DNA of 64,000 nt from Candidatus Sulfomarinibacteraceae bacterium (GTDB lineage Bacteria; Acidobacteriota; Thermoanaerobaculia; Thermoanaerobaculales; Sulfomarinibacteraceae), in contig CAVQQV010000038.1 in the NCBI GenBank assembly GCA_963714885.1, forward strand, positions 65,086 through 129,085. The letters run 5' to 3'. A program made the translations under genes and the position numbers. Under the pieces are notes generated by a model, which worked only from the letters and a program-made list of their open reading frames with translations, was not told where the DNA came from and did no database searches. The stretch's first letter is position 1, and every line of letters begins with the position of its first letter. Shown here piece after piece: positions 11,158 to 20,855 of this stretch.

Positions 11158-12146
11158 CGCAAACGCGATCCGTCACCATTGAAGACATGCTGGCGGAGCC
11201 TCGACTTGCCGCCCTCGAGTTCGAAGTGGTCGCGGGCTCGTCAGGGCTCAAAGAGCGGAGAATCACCAATCCGAGAATCCAGAAGCCGGGGCTCGCCCTC
11301 GCCGGATACCTGCCCTACGTCAAAGCGGGCCGGCTGCAGATCCTGGGCGAGTCGGAGTACGACTACCTGGCCACGTTCGCACCCGCGGAAGCCGAGCAGC
11401 GCCTGCGCTGTCTGATGGAGCTCGATATCCCGTGCGTGGTGTCGACCAAGGGCAAACACCCGTCCGCCGGGGTGTTGGAGGCTGCGGCATCAGCCAACCT
11501 TCCGTTGCTGATGACCCAGACTGCGACTTCGAAAACGATCGAGGCCATTTCCGACTATCTCGAGGATGCCCTCGCACCCCGCATTCAACTCCACGGCGTG
11601 CTCATCGATGTCTTTTCCCTGGGGACCCTGATCATCGGCGACCCGGGGATCGGCAAGAGCGAGTGCGCCCTGGAGCTGGTCTATCGAGGCCACAGACTGG
11701 TCGCCGACGACACGGTCTCGATTCGGCGGACTCACCACCAGGGGCTGCTCGGCAGTCCGCATGAGTTGCTGGAGAACTATCTCGAACTGCGCGGCGTGGG
11801 CATCATCGACGTCAGGAAACACTTCGGAATGACGGCGACATCTCCCAAGGTGGCGGTGTCCCTGGTCATCCAGCTCACCAAGCTCACGCCTCAGGCCCGC
11901 GAGATGGAACAGCGCTGGCGCGAACAGATGATGGAGCGGCCGAGCGCATGGACGTCGACCGAGAGCATTCTCGGGATCGAGGTGCCCAAGTACACCATGG
12001 TGGTGGCTCCGGGCCGCGATCTGGCGATCATGGTCGAGACCGCAGTCCGAAAATGCCTGCTCGCACAGCGCGGGATCCAGGATGAACGAGGATTCCTCGA
12101 GAACATCAACCTGATGGCCCAGGGAGGCAGCGGTGACGCGGACTGA
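11154..12146 (+). CDS. hprK: HPr kinase/phosphorylase
   Basis: Motifs present: LHGVLIDVFSLGTLIIGDPGIGKSECALELV.RGHRLVADD and LELRGVGIIDV. Confidence 0.92.
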   Translation: MTQTRSVTIEDMLAEPRLAALEFEVVAGSSGLKERRITNPRIQKPGLALAGYLPYVKAGRLQILGESEYDYLATFAPAEAEQRLRCLMELDIPCVVSTKGKHPSAGVLEAAASANLPLLMTQTATSKTIEAISDYLEDALAPRIQLHGVLIDVFSLGTLIIGDPGIGKSECALELVYRGHRLVADDTVSIRRTHHQGLLGSPHELLENYLELRGVGIIDVRKHFGMTATSPKVAVSLVIQLTKLTPQAREMEQRWREQMMERPSAWTSTESILGIEVPKYTMVVAPGRDLAIMVETAVRKCLLAQRGIQDERGFLENINLMAQGGSGDAD

Positions 12147-13011
12147 GACCAGCTTCAGCGGACCATTTGTCGTGACCGGCTTGTCCGGCGCCGGGAAGAC
12201 CGTGCTCAGCCGGTGTTTCGAGGATATGGGCTACGTCTGCGTCGACAACATTCCGCTCGACCTCGTGCCGCTGCTGTTCGCCCGGACCGAAGGCGAAATG
12301 AACCGCCTGGTGATCGTCCTCGACGTTCGAACACACGGGATGATCCAGCTCTTTCCGCAGTTTTTCAGCGACCTCAAATCAAAGTACGACGGTGTTCGCC
12401 TGGTGTTTGTCGAAGCCTCACCGGAGATCATCCTGCGCAGATACTCGGTGGCCCGGCGTCCACACCCCCTCCGCGACCTCAGCCTCGAGCAGGCCATCAC
12501 CGAGGAGCGAACCACCCTGGCCGAGGTCCGCGACCTGGCGGACCTCATCATCGACACCACCAACTTGTCGCCCCACGACCTCCGCCGGCAGGTCCTGACC
12601 CTCGGCGGATGGGAATCCGATCGCCCGCAGCTGACCGTCGAGGTACAGAGCTTTTCCTACCTGCAGGGCGTGCCGGCCACGGCGAGCCTGGTGTTCGATG
12701 TGAGATTTCTGCCCAACCCGTTTTTTGAACAGAACCTCAGGACTCTGGCGGGCGACGACGAACAGGTCGCCACGTGGTTGAGCGGGTTTCCCGAGGTCGA
12801 CGATGCGGTGACGCGAATCGTGGACCTGATAACTTATCTTCTACCCCGGTACGCCGAAGAAATGAAGACGCATGTCGGCATCGCACTGGGATGCACCGGC
12901 GGTCGGCACCGTTCGGTTTACGTCGCAGACCGGGTGGCCCGGACGCTCACCGACGCCGGTCACGAGGTCGTTGTCCACCACCGTGACAAGGAACGTTGGA
13001 GGTACTCATGA
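12133..13011 (+). CDS. rapZ: RNase adapter protein RapZ
   Basis: P-loop VVTGLSGAGKTV plus CVDNIP, IDTT.LSPHDLR, FDVRFLPNPF and LGCTGGRHRSV. Confidence 0.92.
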   Translation: MTRTETSFSGPFVVTGLSGAGKTVLSRCFEDMGYVCVDNIPLDLVPLLFARTEGEMNRLVIVLDVRTHGMIQLFPQFFSDLKSKYDGVRLVFVEASPEIILRRYSVARRPHPLRDLSLEQAITEERTTLAEVRDLADLIIDTTNLSPHDLRRQVLTLGGWESDRPQLTVEVQSFSYLQGVPATASLVFDVRFLPNPFFEQNLRTLAGDDEQVATWLSGFPEVDDAVTRIVDLITYLLPRYAEEMKTHVGIALGCTGGRHRSVYVADRVARTLTDAGHEVVVHHRDKERWRYS

Positions 13012-13427
13012 TTCCAGTCCTGGTCCTCACCCACGGCAACCTCGCAACCGAGCTGCTGGAGGCCGCGCGGACCATCGATCCCTCCATCTCCGAGCAGACA
13101 TCGGCCATGCCTTTGCCATGGGACGTGGACTCCGACGAGGCCTCCCGATCACTCAAGAAAGAGCTTCGGGAGCTCGACCAGGGCGAGGGCACGCTTGTCC
13201 TGACCGACATGTTCGGCGGCACCGCCACCAATCTGGCGCTTCCACTCCTCGAGCCCGGAAAGGTCGAGGTGGTGACCGGCGTCAATCTCCCGATGCTGGT
13301 CAAGCTCGGTTCACTCCAGGGCCGGGCCATGTCGCTACACGACCTTGCCGAAGGCCTGACGACCGCCGGTCAGAAGAGCATCCGGGTGGCGAGCGAGTTT
13401 CTGCATTCCAAAACTTCGTCAAAATAG
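13008..13427 (+). CDS. PTS EIIA component, mannose/fructose family
   Basis: MIPVLVLTHGNLATELL carries the active-site His near the N-terminus, and DMFGGT is present. The ATG at 13008 overlaps the rapZ stop (ATGA) and follows a GGAGG. The listed ORF starts at TTG 12996. Confidence 0.8.
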   Translation: MIPVLVLTHGNLATELLEAARTIDPSISEQTSAMPLPWDVDSDEASRSLKKELRELDQGEGTLVLTDMFGGTATNLALPLLEPGKVEVVTGVNLPMLVKLGSLQGRAMSLHDLAEGLTTAGQKSIRVASEFLHSKTSSK

Positions 13428-13542
13428 CTCCGTTCCGAGCCCGTTCAGCGGCTCGGCGGATACAATGGAACTGAATAGACCGGTCGCACAGTGTCTGAAG
13501 AACCCCTCTGCGACCGCCAATCACGGTAGGAGTTGAAGAGCA

Positions 13543-13812
13543 ATGACGCGGGAGCAGGTGATGATTACGAACAAGCTCGGGCTGCATGCCCGGGCCGCGG
13601 CCAAGCTCGTCCATACGGCCAGCGCCTTCGAAGCGGAGATCTACATCGGCACGGAGCACGAGGAGGTCAACGCCAAGTCGATCCTCGGCATCCTCACCCT
13701 GGCCGCCACCAAGGGGACCCCGCTGATCGTTCGTGCCGACGGCGTCGATGAAAAGGCCGCGGTCGAAGCCATCGCGGCTCTCTTCGCCGACAAATTCGGA
13801 GAGGGCCAGTGA
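13543..13812 (+). CDS. ptsH: Phosphocarrier protein HPr
   Basis: An 89-aa ORF with NKLGLHARAAAKLV (His site) and NAKSILGILTL (Ser site, matching the HprK target). Confidence 0.92.
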   Translation: MTREQVMITNKLGLHARAAAKLVHTASAFEAEIYIGTEHEEVNAKSILGILTLAATKGTPLIVRADGVDEKAAVEAIAALFADKFGEGQ

Positions 13813-15574
13813 GCCGTGCTCTCAGCGGCCTCGGGGTGAGCCCGGGTATTGCCATCGGCGAACCGGTGGTGCATGAGACGCGACCCATATCAACTCTTCG
13901 TATCACGATCCCGACCGAGATGGTCGAAGCGGAGGTCGAACGATTCCGGACCGCGGTGGCTGCGACCATCGAGCGCATCGGTGAGAACCGCGACCGGGCT
14001 GCGGCCCAGATGGGGGAGGAGTACGCCGCGATCTTCGAGGCGCATCAACTGATCGCCTCCGATCCCACGTTCACCGGCCCCGTGGAACGGGTGATTCGCG
14101 AACAGGAGGTCAACGCCGGCTGGGCCATCGACCAGGTTCTGGAGCCGCTGATTTCACGTTTCGAGGCCCTGCCCGACGAGTATCTCGCGGATCGGAAACT
14201 GGATGTTCTCGATGTCGCGACCCAGATCCACAACCAGCTTCACGGACCGGACCTCGTCCAACTCGGCAACCTCGACCACCCGGTGATCCTGGTCGCCGAC
14301 GATCTGCCGCCTTCGACCGCGGTCCAGCTCCCGCTCGACAAGATGTTGGGGTTCGCGCTCGAGATGGGCGGGCCGACGTCCCACACGACCATCATCGCGC
14401 GCGCTTTGGGCATCCCGGTGATCGTCGGTGCGCGGGGCGTCTGCGAGCAGGCCAAAAAATCGCGGCGGATCGCCATCGACGCCTTCGAAGGCAAGATCAT
14501 TCTCGACCCCAACCCGGCCGAACTCAGCGAGTATGAGTCGCGGCAACGCGAGTACGAGGAACATCAGACCGGCCTGCTGCAGATGCGAGGTCTCTCTACG
14601 GTGACGCGGGACGGCCGCATCATCGAACTGCACGCCAACATCGAGCTGGCGGCGGAGGTCGAACAGGCCCTGCACTGGAACGTTTCCGGGGTCGGGCTCT
14701 ACCGATCCGAATTCCTCTATATGAGGATGAGCCCGGCCCTGCCGTCGGTCGACGACCACCTCGAGACCTATCGCGAAATGGTCTCCAAGATGGGCCCCGC
14801 ACCCGTCACCATCCGGACATTCGACCTCGGCGGACGAAAACTCGCGCGAGAGATCATCGGCGCCGATACCGAGGCGAACCCGGTACTGGGTCTGCGCGGG
14901 ATTCGCCTGTGTTTTTCGCGGCCCGAGTTCTTTCGCACCCAACTGAGGGCGATCCTCCGCGTGGCCGGGGAGTTTCCTCTGGGAAGGGTGCGGATTCTCT
15001 TCCCGCTCATCAGCGGCATCGAGGAATTCCGGATCGCGAGACTCCTGGTTCGCGAGATCGTTGCCGATCTCGAGAAGGACAACCTGCCAGTACACCGAAA
15101 CGTTCCCCTCGGAGCCATGATCGAGGTTCCTTCGGCGGCCGTGATGGCCCGCGATCTTGCGCGCGAGGTGGACTTCATGTCCATCGGCACCAACGACCTC
15201 ATCCAGTACTCGCTGGCCGTTGACCGCTCCAATAATCTGGTGGCCGATCTCTACAAACCTACCCACCCAGCTGTTCTTCGTCTCATTTCAGAAGTGATTT
15301 CTGCGGGACGTGACGAGGGCGTTGACGTCTCGATGTGCGGCGAAATGGCGGCTGACCCGTTGATGGTCCCGGTCCTGGTCGGTCTCGGTCTCGAGAAATT
15401 CAGCATGAACCCGCACGCCGTCCCGGTGGTTCGGGCCCTGATCCGGCAACTTTCGTACCGTGAGGCGACCCACATCGCGCGCAGGCTCTCAAGCTCGTGA
15501 CTGCCCGCGATGTCGAGGAATACCTTCTCGAGCAACTTGCGTTTCTTCTCGCGAAGACCAAGATTCACGTGTAG
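13809..15574 (+). CDS. ptsI: Phosphoenolpyruvate-protein phosphotransferase (Enzyme I); C-terminal frameshift near 15480 as assembled
   Basis: Motifs present: GGPTSHTTIIARALGIP, GLYRSEFLYM, IRTFDLGGRK, FMSIGTNDLIQY and MCGEMA. The listed ORF stops at 15500. A -1 frame continues as QALKLVTARDVEEYLLEQLAFLLAKTKIHV* to 15574, which resembles the usual EI tail. Confidence 0.9.
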
Positions 15575-15582
15575 GGGATCCG

Positions 15583-15955
15583 ATGGGCATACGCACACCA
15601 CGCATGATCGACAAACCATGGGGCCACGAAGAGATCTTCGCGGAAACCGAGATCTACGTCGGCAAGATCCTCGCGATTCGTGCGGGACAGGCCTTGAGCC
15701 TCCAGTATCACGAGGTCAAGGACGAAACGCTGCGGGTACTTGACGGCGAGATGGACATGATCACGGGACCGGACGTCGACCACCTGCGAACCGCTTCGAA
15801 TGGTGGCCGGTGACGTCTTTCACGTGGCGCCGGAGGAACTCCACCGCATGGTCGCGATCACCGATTGCCGCCTCCTCGAGGTGTCGACCAACCACCTCGA
15901 CGACGTGGTGCGTCTCGAGGACAGATATGGCAGAAAGGGAACCAGTGCGCCGTAA
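15583..15955 (+). CDS. Cupin-domain protein (type II phosphomannose-isomerase-like cupin); one frameshift near 15788
   Basis: KPWGHEEIFAETEIYVGKILAIRAGQALSLQYHEVKDETLRVLDG lies in the 15460 ORF frame. The second cupin half, VAGDVFHVAPEELHRMVAITDCRLLEVST, lies in another frame and ends at TAA 15953-15955. Confidence 0.75.
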
Positions 15956-15998
15956 GCGGCGTCATACTGGATGTGGCCACCGGGCTGAGGGAGCCGTC

Positions 15999-16685
15999 AT
16001 GAGTTCACAGAGTCGATTGAACATTCGCATCGCATCCGCGGCCGCACTCGGTCTGAGTGTCGGGCTGTGGGCGTTTGCAGCCGACCCCCCGACGCCGACC
16101 CCGACCCCGACCAAGACAACGCGGCCGGCCGGAGGCACGTCGCTCAATGAAATGGCGAAGGATACCGAGCTCAAGGGCGGCGAAGAGGGAAAGACGATCG
16201 TGATCACCAACGAGAATCTCTCCGAGTACGCCGAGAAGGGCTCGGTCACAGCTGCCTCCGGAGCGGACACGCCGAATCGCCGCCCGGTCCGCGACCCCAT
16301 GAAGGTCGAGATCGTCCCACCGAGCGACCCGGAGCACACCGACGAACGGCGTCGATATTGGCAGAACCAGTACAAGAGCCAGATTGATATGGTCTCTTCG
16401 CTGCGTTATCAGATCACGGTGCTCGACGGCGAGATCCCTGGGCTGTGGCGGGACTTTTATGCCTGGGACGATCCCATGTACCGCGACGGCGTGATCAAAC
16501 CCAAGCTCGATGCGGCCACCGCGAGGAGAGCGAAGATCGAGGCAGATCTGGTTGCAGCTGAAAAAAGACTGAGCGAAATCAAGGAACAGGCTCGCCAGGA
16601 CGGCGCGGAACCGGGGTGGTTCAGGGGCATGAAGATACCGACTCCGTATCCGCCGACACCGACGCCTGGAATCATCGTCTACTGA
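15999..16685 (+). CDS. Secreted hypothetical protein with Pro/Thr-rich linkers
   Basis: The ATG at 15999 precedes a signal-peptide-like segment (RIASAAALGLSVGLWAFAADPP). PTPTPTPT stretches occur near both ends, and a coiled-coil-like segment (AKIEADLVAAEKRLSEIKEQ) is present. The listed ORF starts further upstream at 15810. Confidence 0.55.
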   Translation: MSSQSRLNIRIASAAALGLSVGLWAFAADPPTPTPTPTKTTRPAGGTSLNEMAKDTELKGGEEGKTIVITNENLSEYAEKGSVTAASGADTPNRRPVRDPMKVEIVPPSDPEHTDERRRYWQNQYKSQIDMVSSLRYQITVLDGEIPGLWRDFYAWDDPMYRDGVIKPKLDAATARRAKIEADLVAAEKRLSEIKEQARQDGAEPGWFRGMKIPTPYPPTPTPGIIVY

Positions 16686-16759
16686 CGTTTCCCGCCCGCG
16701 AAGGCTTGCCGCGCCGGAGCCGCGCAGTTACACTCTCCGCGGAGCGGAGAATATTGCGA

Positions 16760-18106
16760 ATGAGAACCTATTTCATTGAGACCTGGGGCTGTCAGATGAA
16801 TCAGCACGACAGCGAGCTGATCGAGGGGCAGCTGCGCGAACAGGGCATGGCCCCGGCCGTGGATGCGGAAACTGCGGACCTGGTGATCCTCAACACCTGC
16901 TCGGTTCGCGACCGCCCGGTGCAGAAGATCGTCAGCCGGATCGGCGTGTTGGAAAAGCTCGAGCGGCCCCCGATCATTGGCGTCTGCGGCTGCGTCGCGC
17001 AACAGGAAGGAGCGTCTCTTCTCGGCCGCTCACGCAGCGTCGGCTTCGTCCTCGGACCGGGCGAGATCGGCAGAATCGGGGAGGCCGTGCGCGCGGTCGA
17101 TCAGGGCGACCGGCCGGTGTTGACGGGTTTTGACGCCGAACGCGAACACAACTTCCAGACGATATTCCGAAAGAGCTCGACCCGCGGCATGGTCACGGTC
17201 GTGGAGGGCTGTAACGAGTTCTGCACTTTCTGTGTGGTTCCATACACCCGCGGTCGCGAACTCAGCCGGCCGATGGAGGATGTCCTGGGTGAAGTGCGGG
17301 CCCTCGCGAGCACGGGCCTCAAGGAGGTCGAACTCCTCGGTCAGACCATCAACTCCTACCAGTGTCCACTGACCGGCGCTGACTTTGCCGCCCTGCTCGA
17401 GGCGGTCGCCGCCATCGAGCCCCTGCAGCGCGTCCGCTACATCACCTCCCATCCACGCCACTTCAACCAGCGCACAATCGAGGTCCTGGCCGCCAATCCG
17501 AAGGTCTCGCGGTACCTCCACCTGCCGTTCCAGTCGGGCTCGGACGAAATTCTCAAACGGATGCACCGCCGCTACACGAGGGATGAGTTTCTGGAGCTGC
17601 TGCGGCGGATCCGTGAGGCGGTGCCCGACATCAACCTTTCGACCGATGTCATCGTCGGTTTTCCGGGAGAGACCGAAGAGGACTTCGAGCACTCTCTGTC
17701 GGTCCTCGCCGAGGTACGGTTCGGCCAGGTGTTCGCGTTTGCCTTTTCCTCCAGGCCGAACACCCCGGCCGCGCGCTACGACGATCAGGTCGACGAAGAG
17801 GTCAAAAAGGGCCGGCTGCACCGTCTCTTCGATCTCACGGAACGTATCTCCCACGAGCTCAACGAGCGGCTCGTCGGACAGGTGGCCCCGGTTCTGATCG
17901 ATGGCGACAGCCGGCGCAATCCCTTGCACTGGCAGGGTAGGGGAGAGGACAACCGGGTCGTCAACTTCCCCAAGACCGGACGCGAGGTGGTTGGCGATAT
18001 TGTCGATGTGCAGATCATCCGCGCCGGGTCGCACTCCCTCTCCGGCGAAGCCGCCGGGCCGTCACTTTCGTTGCCGGTCTTCGACGCCGTCGATGGCGCC
18101 GCTTGA
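16760..18106 (+). CDS. miaB: tRNA-2-methylthio-N6-dimethylallyladenosine synthase
   Basis: MRTYFIETWGCQMNQHDSE, the radical-SAM motif EGCNEFCTFCVVPYTRG and a C-terminal TRAM domain are present. The start is taken at ATG 16760 within ORF 16616..18106. Confidence 0.9.
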   Translation: MRTYFIETWGCQMNQHDSELIEGQLREQGMAPAVDAETADLVILNTCSVRDRPVQKIVSRIGVLEKLERPPIIGVCGCVAQQEGASLLGRSRSVGFVLGPGEIGRIGEAVRAVDQGDRPVLTGFDAEREHNFQTIFRKSSTRGMVTVVEGCNEFCTFCVVPYTRGRELSRPMEDVLGEVRALASTGLKEVELLGQTINSYQCPLTGADFAALLEAVAAIEPLQRVRYITSHPRHFNQRTIEVLAANPKVSRYLHLPFQSGSDEILKRMHRRYTRDEFLELLRRIREAVPDINLSTDVIVGFPGETEEDFEHSLSVLAEVRFGQVFAFAFSSRPNTPAARYDDQVDEEVKKGRLHRLFDLTERISHELNERLVGQVAPVLIDGDSRRNPLHWQGRGEDNRVVNFPKTGREVVGDIVDVQIIRAGSHSLSGEAAGPSLSLPVFDAVDGAA

Positions 18107-18137
18107 CATCGGCGCCCGGTACCCACAGATTGGGGAG

Positions 18138-18638
18138 ATGAACGACCCCCTTGATCCTCGGTCCGCCGTCAAAATGACGATTCGTGGCCTGGTGATGGAC
18201 CCGACGTCCAACACGCCGGTGGTGGTGCTCGAAAACCCGGATGGCAACCTGCTGCTGCCGATCTGGATCGGAGTCTGTGAGGCGAACTCGATCGCGCTCG
18301 AGATCGAGGGAGTAGCGGTCCCCCGGCCGATGACCCACGATCTCATTCGCGACCTCCTCGCCACCGCCGGGTGCGTCGTCGATCACATCTTCATCCACAC
18401 CCTCGAAGACAGCGTGTTCAAGGCGTCGATTCAACTGCGAGACGCCAACGCGGTGGTTCACTCCGTCGACTCACGGCCGTCCGACGCCATCGCCATCGCC
18501 CTCCGGGCAAAGGTCGATGTGTTGGTCGATCCGGTGGTCCTCGAACACGGGATCCTCAATGCAACCACGGTCGAGGAGACGATTCGCGAGCTTCTGGAAA
18601 AGATGCGTCCGGAGGACATGGGCGAATACGAAATGTGA
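18138..18638 (+). CDS. Bifunctional nuclease family protein (DUF151)
   Basis: Motifs present: LLLPIWIGVCEANSIALEIEGVAVPRPMTHDL and RPSDAIAIALRAKVDV. The start is taken at ATG 18138 within ORF 17901..18638. Confidence 0.8.
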   Translation: MNDPLDPRSAVKMTIRGLVMDPTSNTPVVVLENPDGNLLLPIWIGVCEANSIALEIEGVAVPRPMTHDLIRDLLATAGCVVDHIFIHTLEDSVFKASIQLRDANAVVHSVDSRPSDAIAIALRAKVDVLVDPVVLEHGILNATTVEETIRELLEKMRPEDMGEYEM

Positions 18639-18713
18639 TGGGGGCCGGCGTTTCCTCAGGAGTCGGTCCACCACCTCGTCTTCCATGAGATCGAGTTCCC
18701 CGGAGTCGGCTCG

Positions 18714-18743
18714 TTGACACCCCAAACCGGGCGCCCCTATAGT
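18714..18743 (+). promoter_or_regulatory. Sigma70-type promoter candidate for parAB (TTGACA-18 nt-TATAGT)
   Basis: TTGACA lies at 18714-18719 and TATAGT at 18738-18743, 43 nt upstream of the parA ATG. This is sequence match only. Confidence 0.45.
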
Positions 18744-18785
18744 GGGCCCAGCACTGTCGCAGCTCCTGCGGAACCCGGAGACTTC

Positions 18786-19548
18786 ATGAGGATCGCCATT
18801 ACGAATCAAAAAGGTGGTGTGGGCAAAACCACCACTGCCATCAATCTCGCAGCTGGTCTGGCCCAGAAGGGTCTGAAAACACTGCTCATCGATCTCGACC
18901 CGCAGGCCAACTCGACCATGTCCAACATCGATCTGGACCAGATCAACGGCCACATGTACGACGTCCTGCGGGCGACCTCGCGGCTTGACGATGTCATCGT
19001 GGCGGCGACCCAGGAAAACCTTTGGGTGGCGCCGTCCCGGATCGCCATGGCCAAGCTCGAGGTCCACATCGCCGGTGAACTCGACGCCCCCTATCGGCTC
19101 AAGGACGCCATCGAGGCCCTCGAGACCCACTTCGACGCGATCATCATCGACACGCCGCCGACCCTTGGGCTGCTCACGGTCAATGCGCTGGTGGCGGCGA
19201 CCCACGTGTTGGTGCCCATCCAGGCCTCGTACTTCGCGCTCGAGGGGACCGACGATCTTCTCGAGACCATCGACAAGATCAAGACTGCGCCCCAACACCG
19301 ATCTCCAGATGCTCGGGATCGTCGTGACCATGTTCGATCGGCGCACCGTCCTCGCGCGCCAGGTGCGCGAGCAGATCGACGAGGTGTTTGGCGACCTCGT
19401 GTTCGAAACCAATATCACCAAGTCCGTGCGCCTCGAAGAATCTCCTGCGCATCGGACCAGCATCTTTACCCATGCGCCGTCGTCCAGCGGCGCCTACGAG
19501 TATTATCGTCTGTGCGAGGAGGTTCTCCAGCGTGTCGGCTCCGAGTAA
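18786..19548 (+). CDS. parA: Chromosome partitioning ATPase ParA/Soj (one frameshift near 19285)
   Basis: MRIAITNQKGGVGKTTTAINLA and IIIDTPPTLG lie in the 18714 frame. The C-terminal third (LQMLGIVVTMFDRRT...ITKSVRLEESP..) lies in the 18985 frame and ends at 19548. Confidence 0.9.
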
Positions 19549-20432
19549 AACCAAAGTGGGTCTTCCACCCAATCGTCGGATGCGCCACGATCGGCACTTC
19601 GTCGACGAGCTCGCCCAGCGGATGGGGGAGGGTATCGGCCGCATGGTCCGCATCACCGCCATCACCAGCAACCAGGATCAGCCGCGCTCGAACCTCGGTG
19701 ATCTCGAGGATCTCCAGTCCTCCATCGACACTCACGGGGTTCTCGAGCCTCTCCTGGTGCGCAACCTCGGCCAGGGAAAGTACGAGTTGGTCTCCGGCGA
19801 ACGCCGTTTTCACGCAGCCATGGCGGTCGGTCTCACCGAGGTCCCGTGTATCGAGCTGACGGTCAACGATCAACAGGCCCTCGAGATCGCGCTGATCGAA
19901 AATCTCCAGCGAAAGGACTTGACGGCCTTTGAAGAGGGCGACGGTTATCGGACCCTGATCGACAAAGTACAGCTATACCCACGAACAGGTGGCCAACGCC
20001 GTCGGCCGTTCGCGGGTGACGGTCACCGAGGCGCTGACCATGCTCCGGATCCCAGATTCGATTCGCGATCTGTGTCGGCATGCCGACATCACAGCCAAGG
20101 GCATGTTGCTCGAAATCGCCAGGGCGGGCGACGAGGCATCCATGGCAGAGCTGGTGAGGGAAATCGTCGAACACCGCCTCGATCGGGCGGCGCTGCGCGA
20201 TCGTCGCCACGGCGGTACCGATTCTTCCGAGCCCGACGCCGGTTCGCCCGGAGAGCAGACTTCGGACTTGAAACCGTTTCGTTTTCAGTTCCGTAACCCC
20301 GAACGGTCGTTCTCGGTTTCTCTCGCGTTCCGCACCGAGACCCAACCAGAGCCCCGTGAGGTGATCGAAGCTTTGCGGGCTTTGATTCGCGACCTCGAGG
20401 CCGACCTCGAAGCGGGAACCCCCGACGCCTGA
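19532..20432 (+). CDS. parB: Chromosome partitioning protein ParB/Spo0J (one frameshift at the AAA run 19964-19966)
   Basis: GVLEPLLVR...YELVSGERRFHAA and ALIENLQRKDL lie in the 19388 frame. The HTH part (EQVANAVGRSRVTVTEALTMLRIP) lies in the 19989 frame. The GTG start at 19532 overlaps the parA end. Confidence 0.9.
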
Positions 20433-20636
20433 GGGGAGTCACCGATTTCATTGTTTTCAGGGTTGTTTCATATTTAGGTTTACATAATATATCTTATCGG
20501 ACATTGCATTTGGACACGCCATCTGTGGATTTCTCCTCCCCTGTGGAAAAGTTGCGGAGAATTTCAACCCGCACCGCAACCAAAGCGGTTGCCCCATGTC
20601 CTGAAACGCCAAAGCGTGTAAAATCCGTAGGATGTT

Positions 20637-20822
20637 AGCCCGCTCTTCTCACCAGCTCTCGACTGCGGCCGACGATGCGGCCTACCCAGACGTGTTTTCT
20701 CGCTCTGGGGTGCTCAACGTACTGCAAGAAAAAAGCACGCCTCCGCGCCCCAAAGCGAGAAAGCCCGTCTGGCCACGGCGCCTCGTCACCCTCGTGACGA
20801 AACCTGGTAAGAAGAGCGGGTT
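20637..20822 (+). ncRNA. Candidate structured RNA with 6S-like architecture (closing stem, large central bubble, apical arm)
   Basis: 20637-20655 pairs with 20804-20822 (19 positions, 1 mismatch, 1 G-U). The apical arm pairs 20686-20692/20766-20772 (7 bp), 20696-20704/20754-20762 (9 bp) and 20707-20713/20745-20751 (7 bp including 1 G-U). About 30 unpaired nt on each side lie between the two arms, each with a small local hairpin. The two G-U pairs would be A-C on the other strand, which favours the plus strand. TAAAAT at 20619-20624 is a possible -10 element. Confidence 0.35.
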
Positions 20823-20855
20823 CGGTGAAGTCACCCCTCCGCGTCCGGGGAACCG

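Noticed and set aside
16081-16110. Pro/Thr-encoding repeats (CCGACC/CCCACC-type; also at 16640-16670 and 51600-51720) as non-coding tandem repeats.
   Set aside because: They are in frame within well-supported ORFs and encode PT-rich linkers typical of secreted or envelope proteins.
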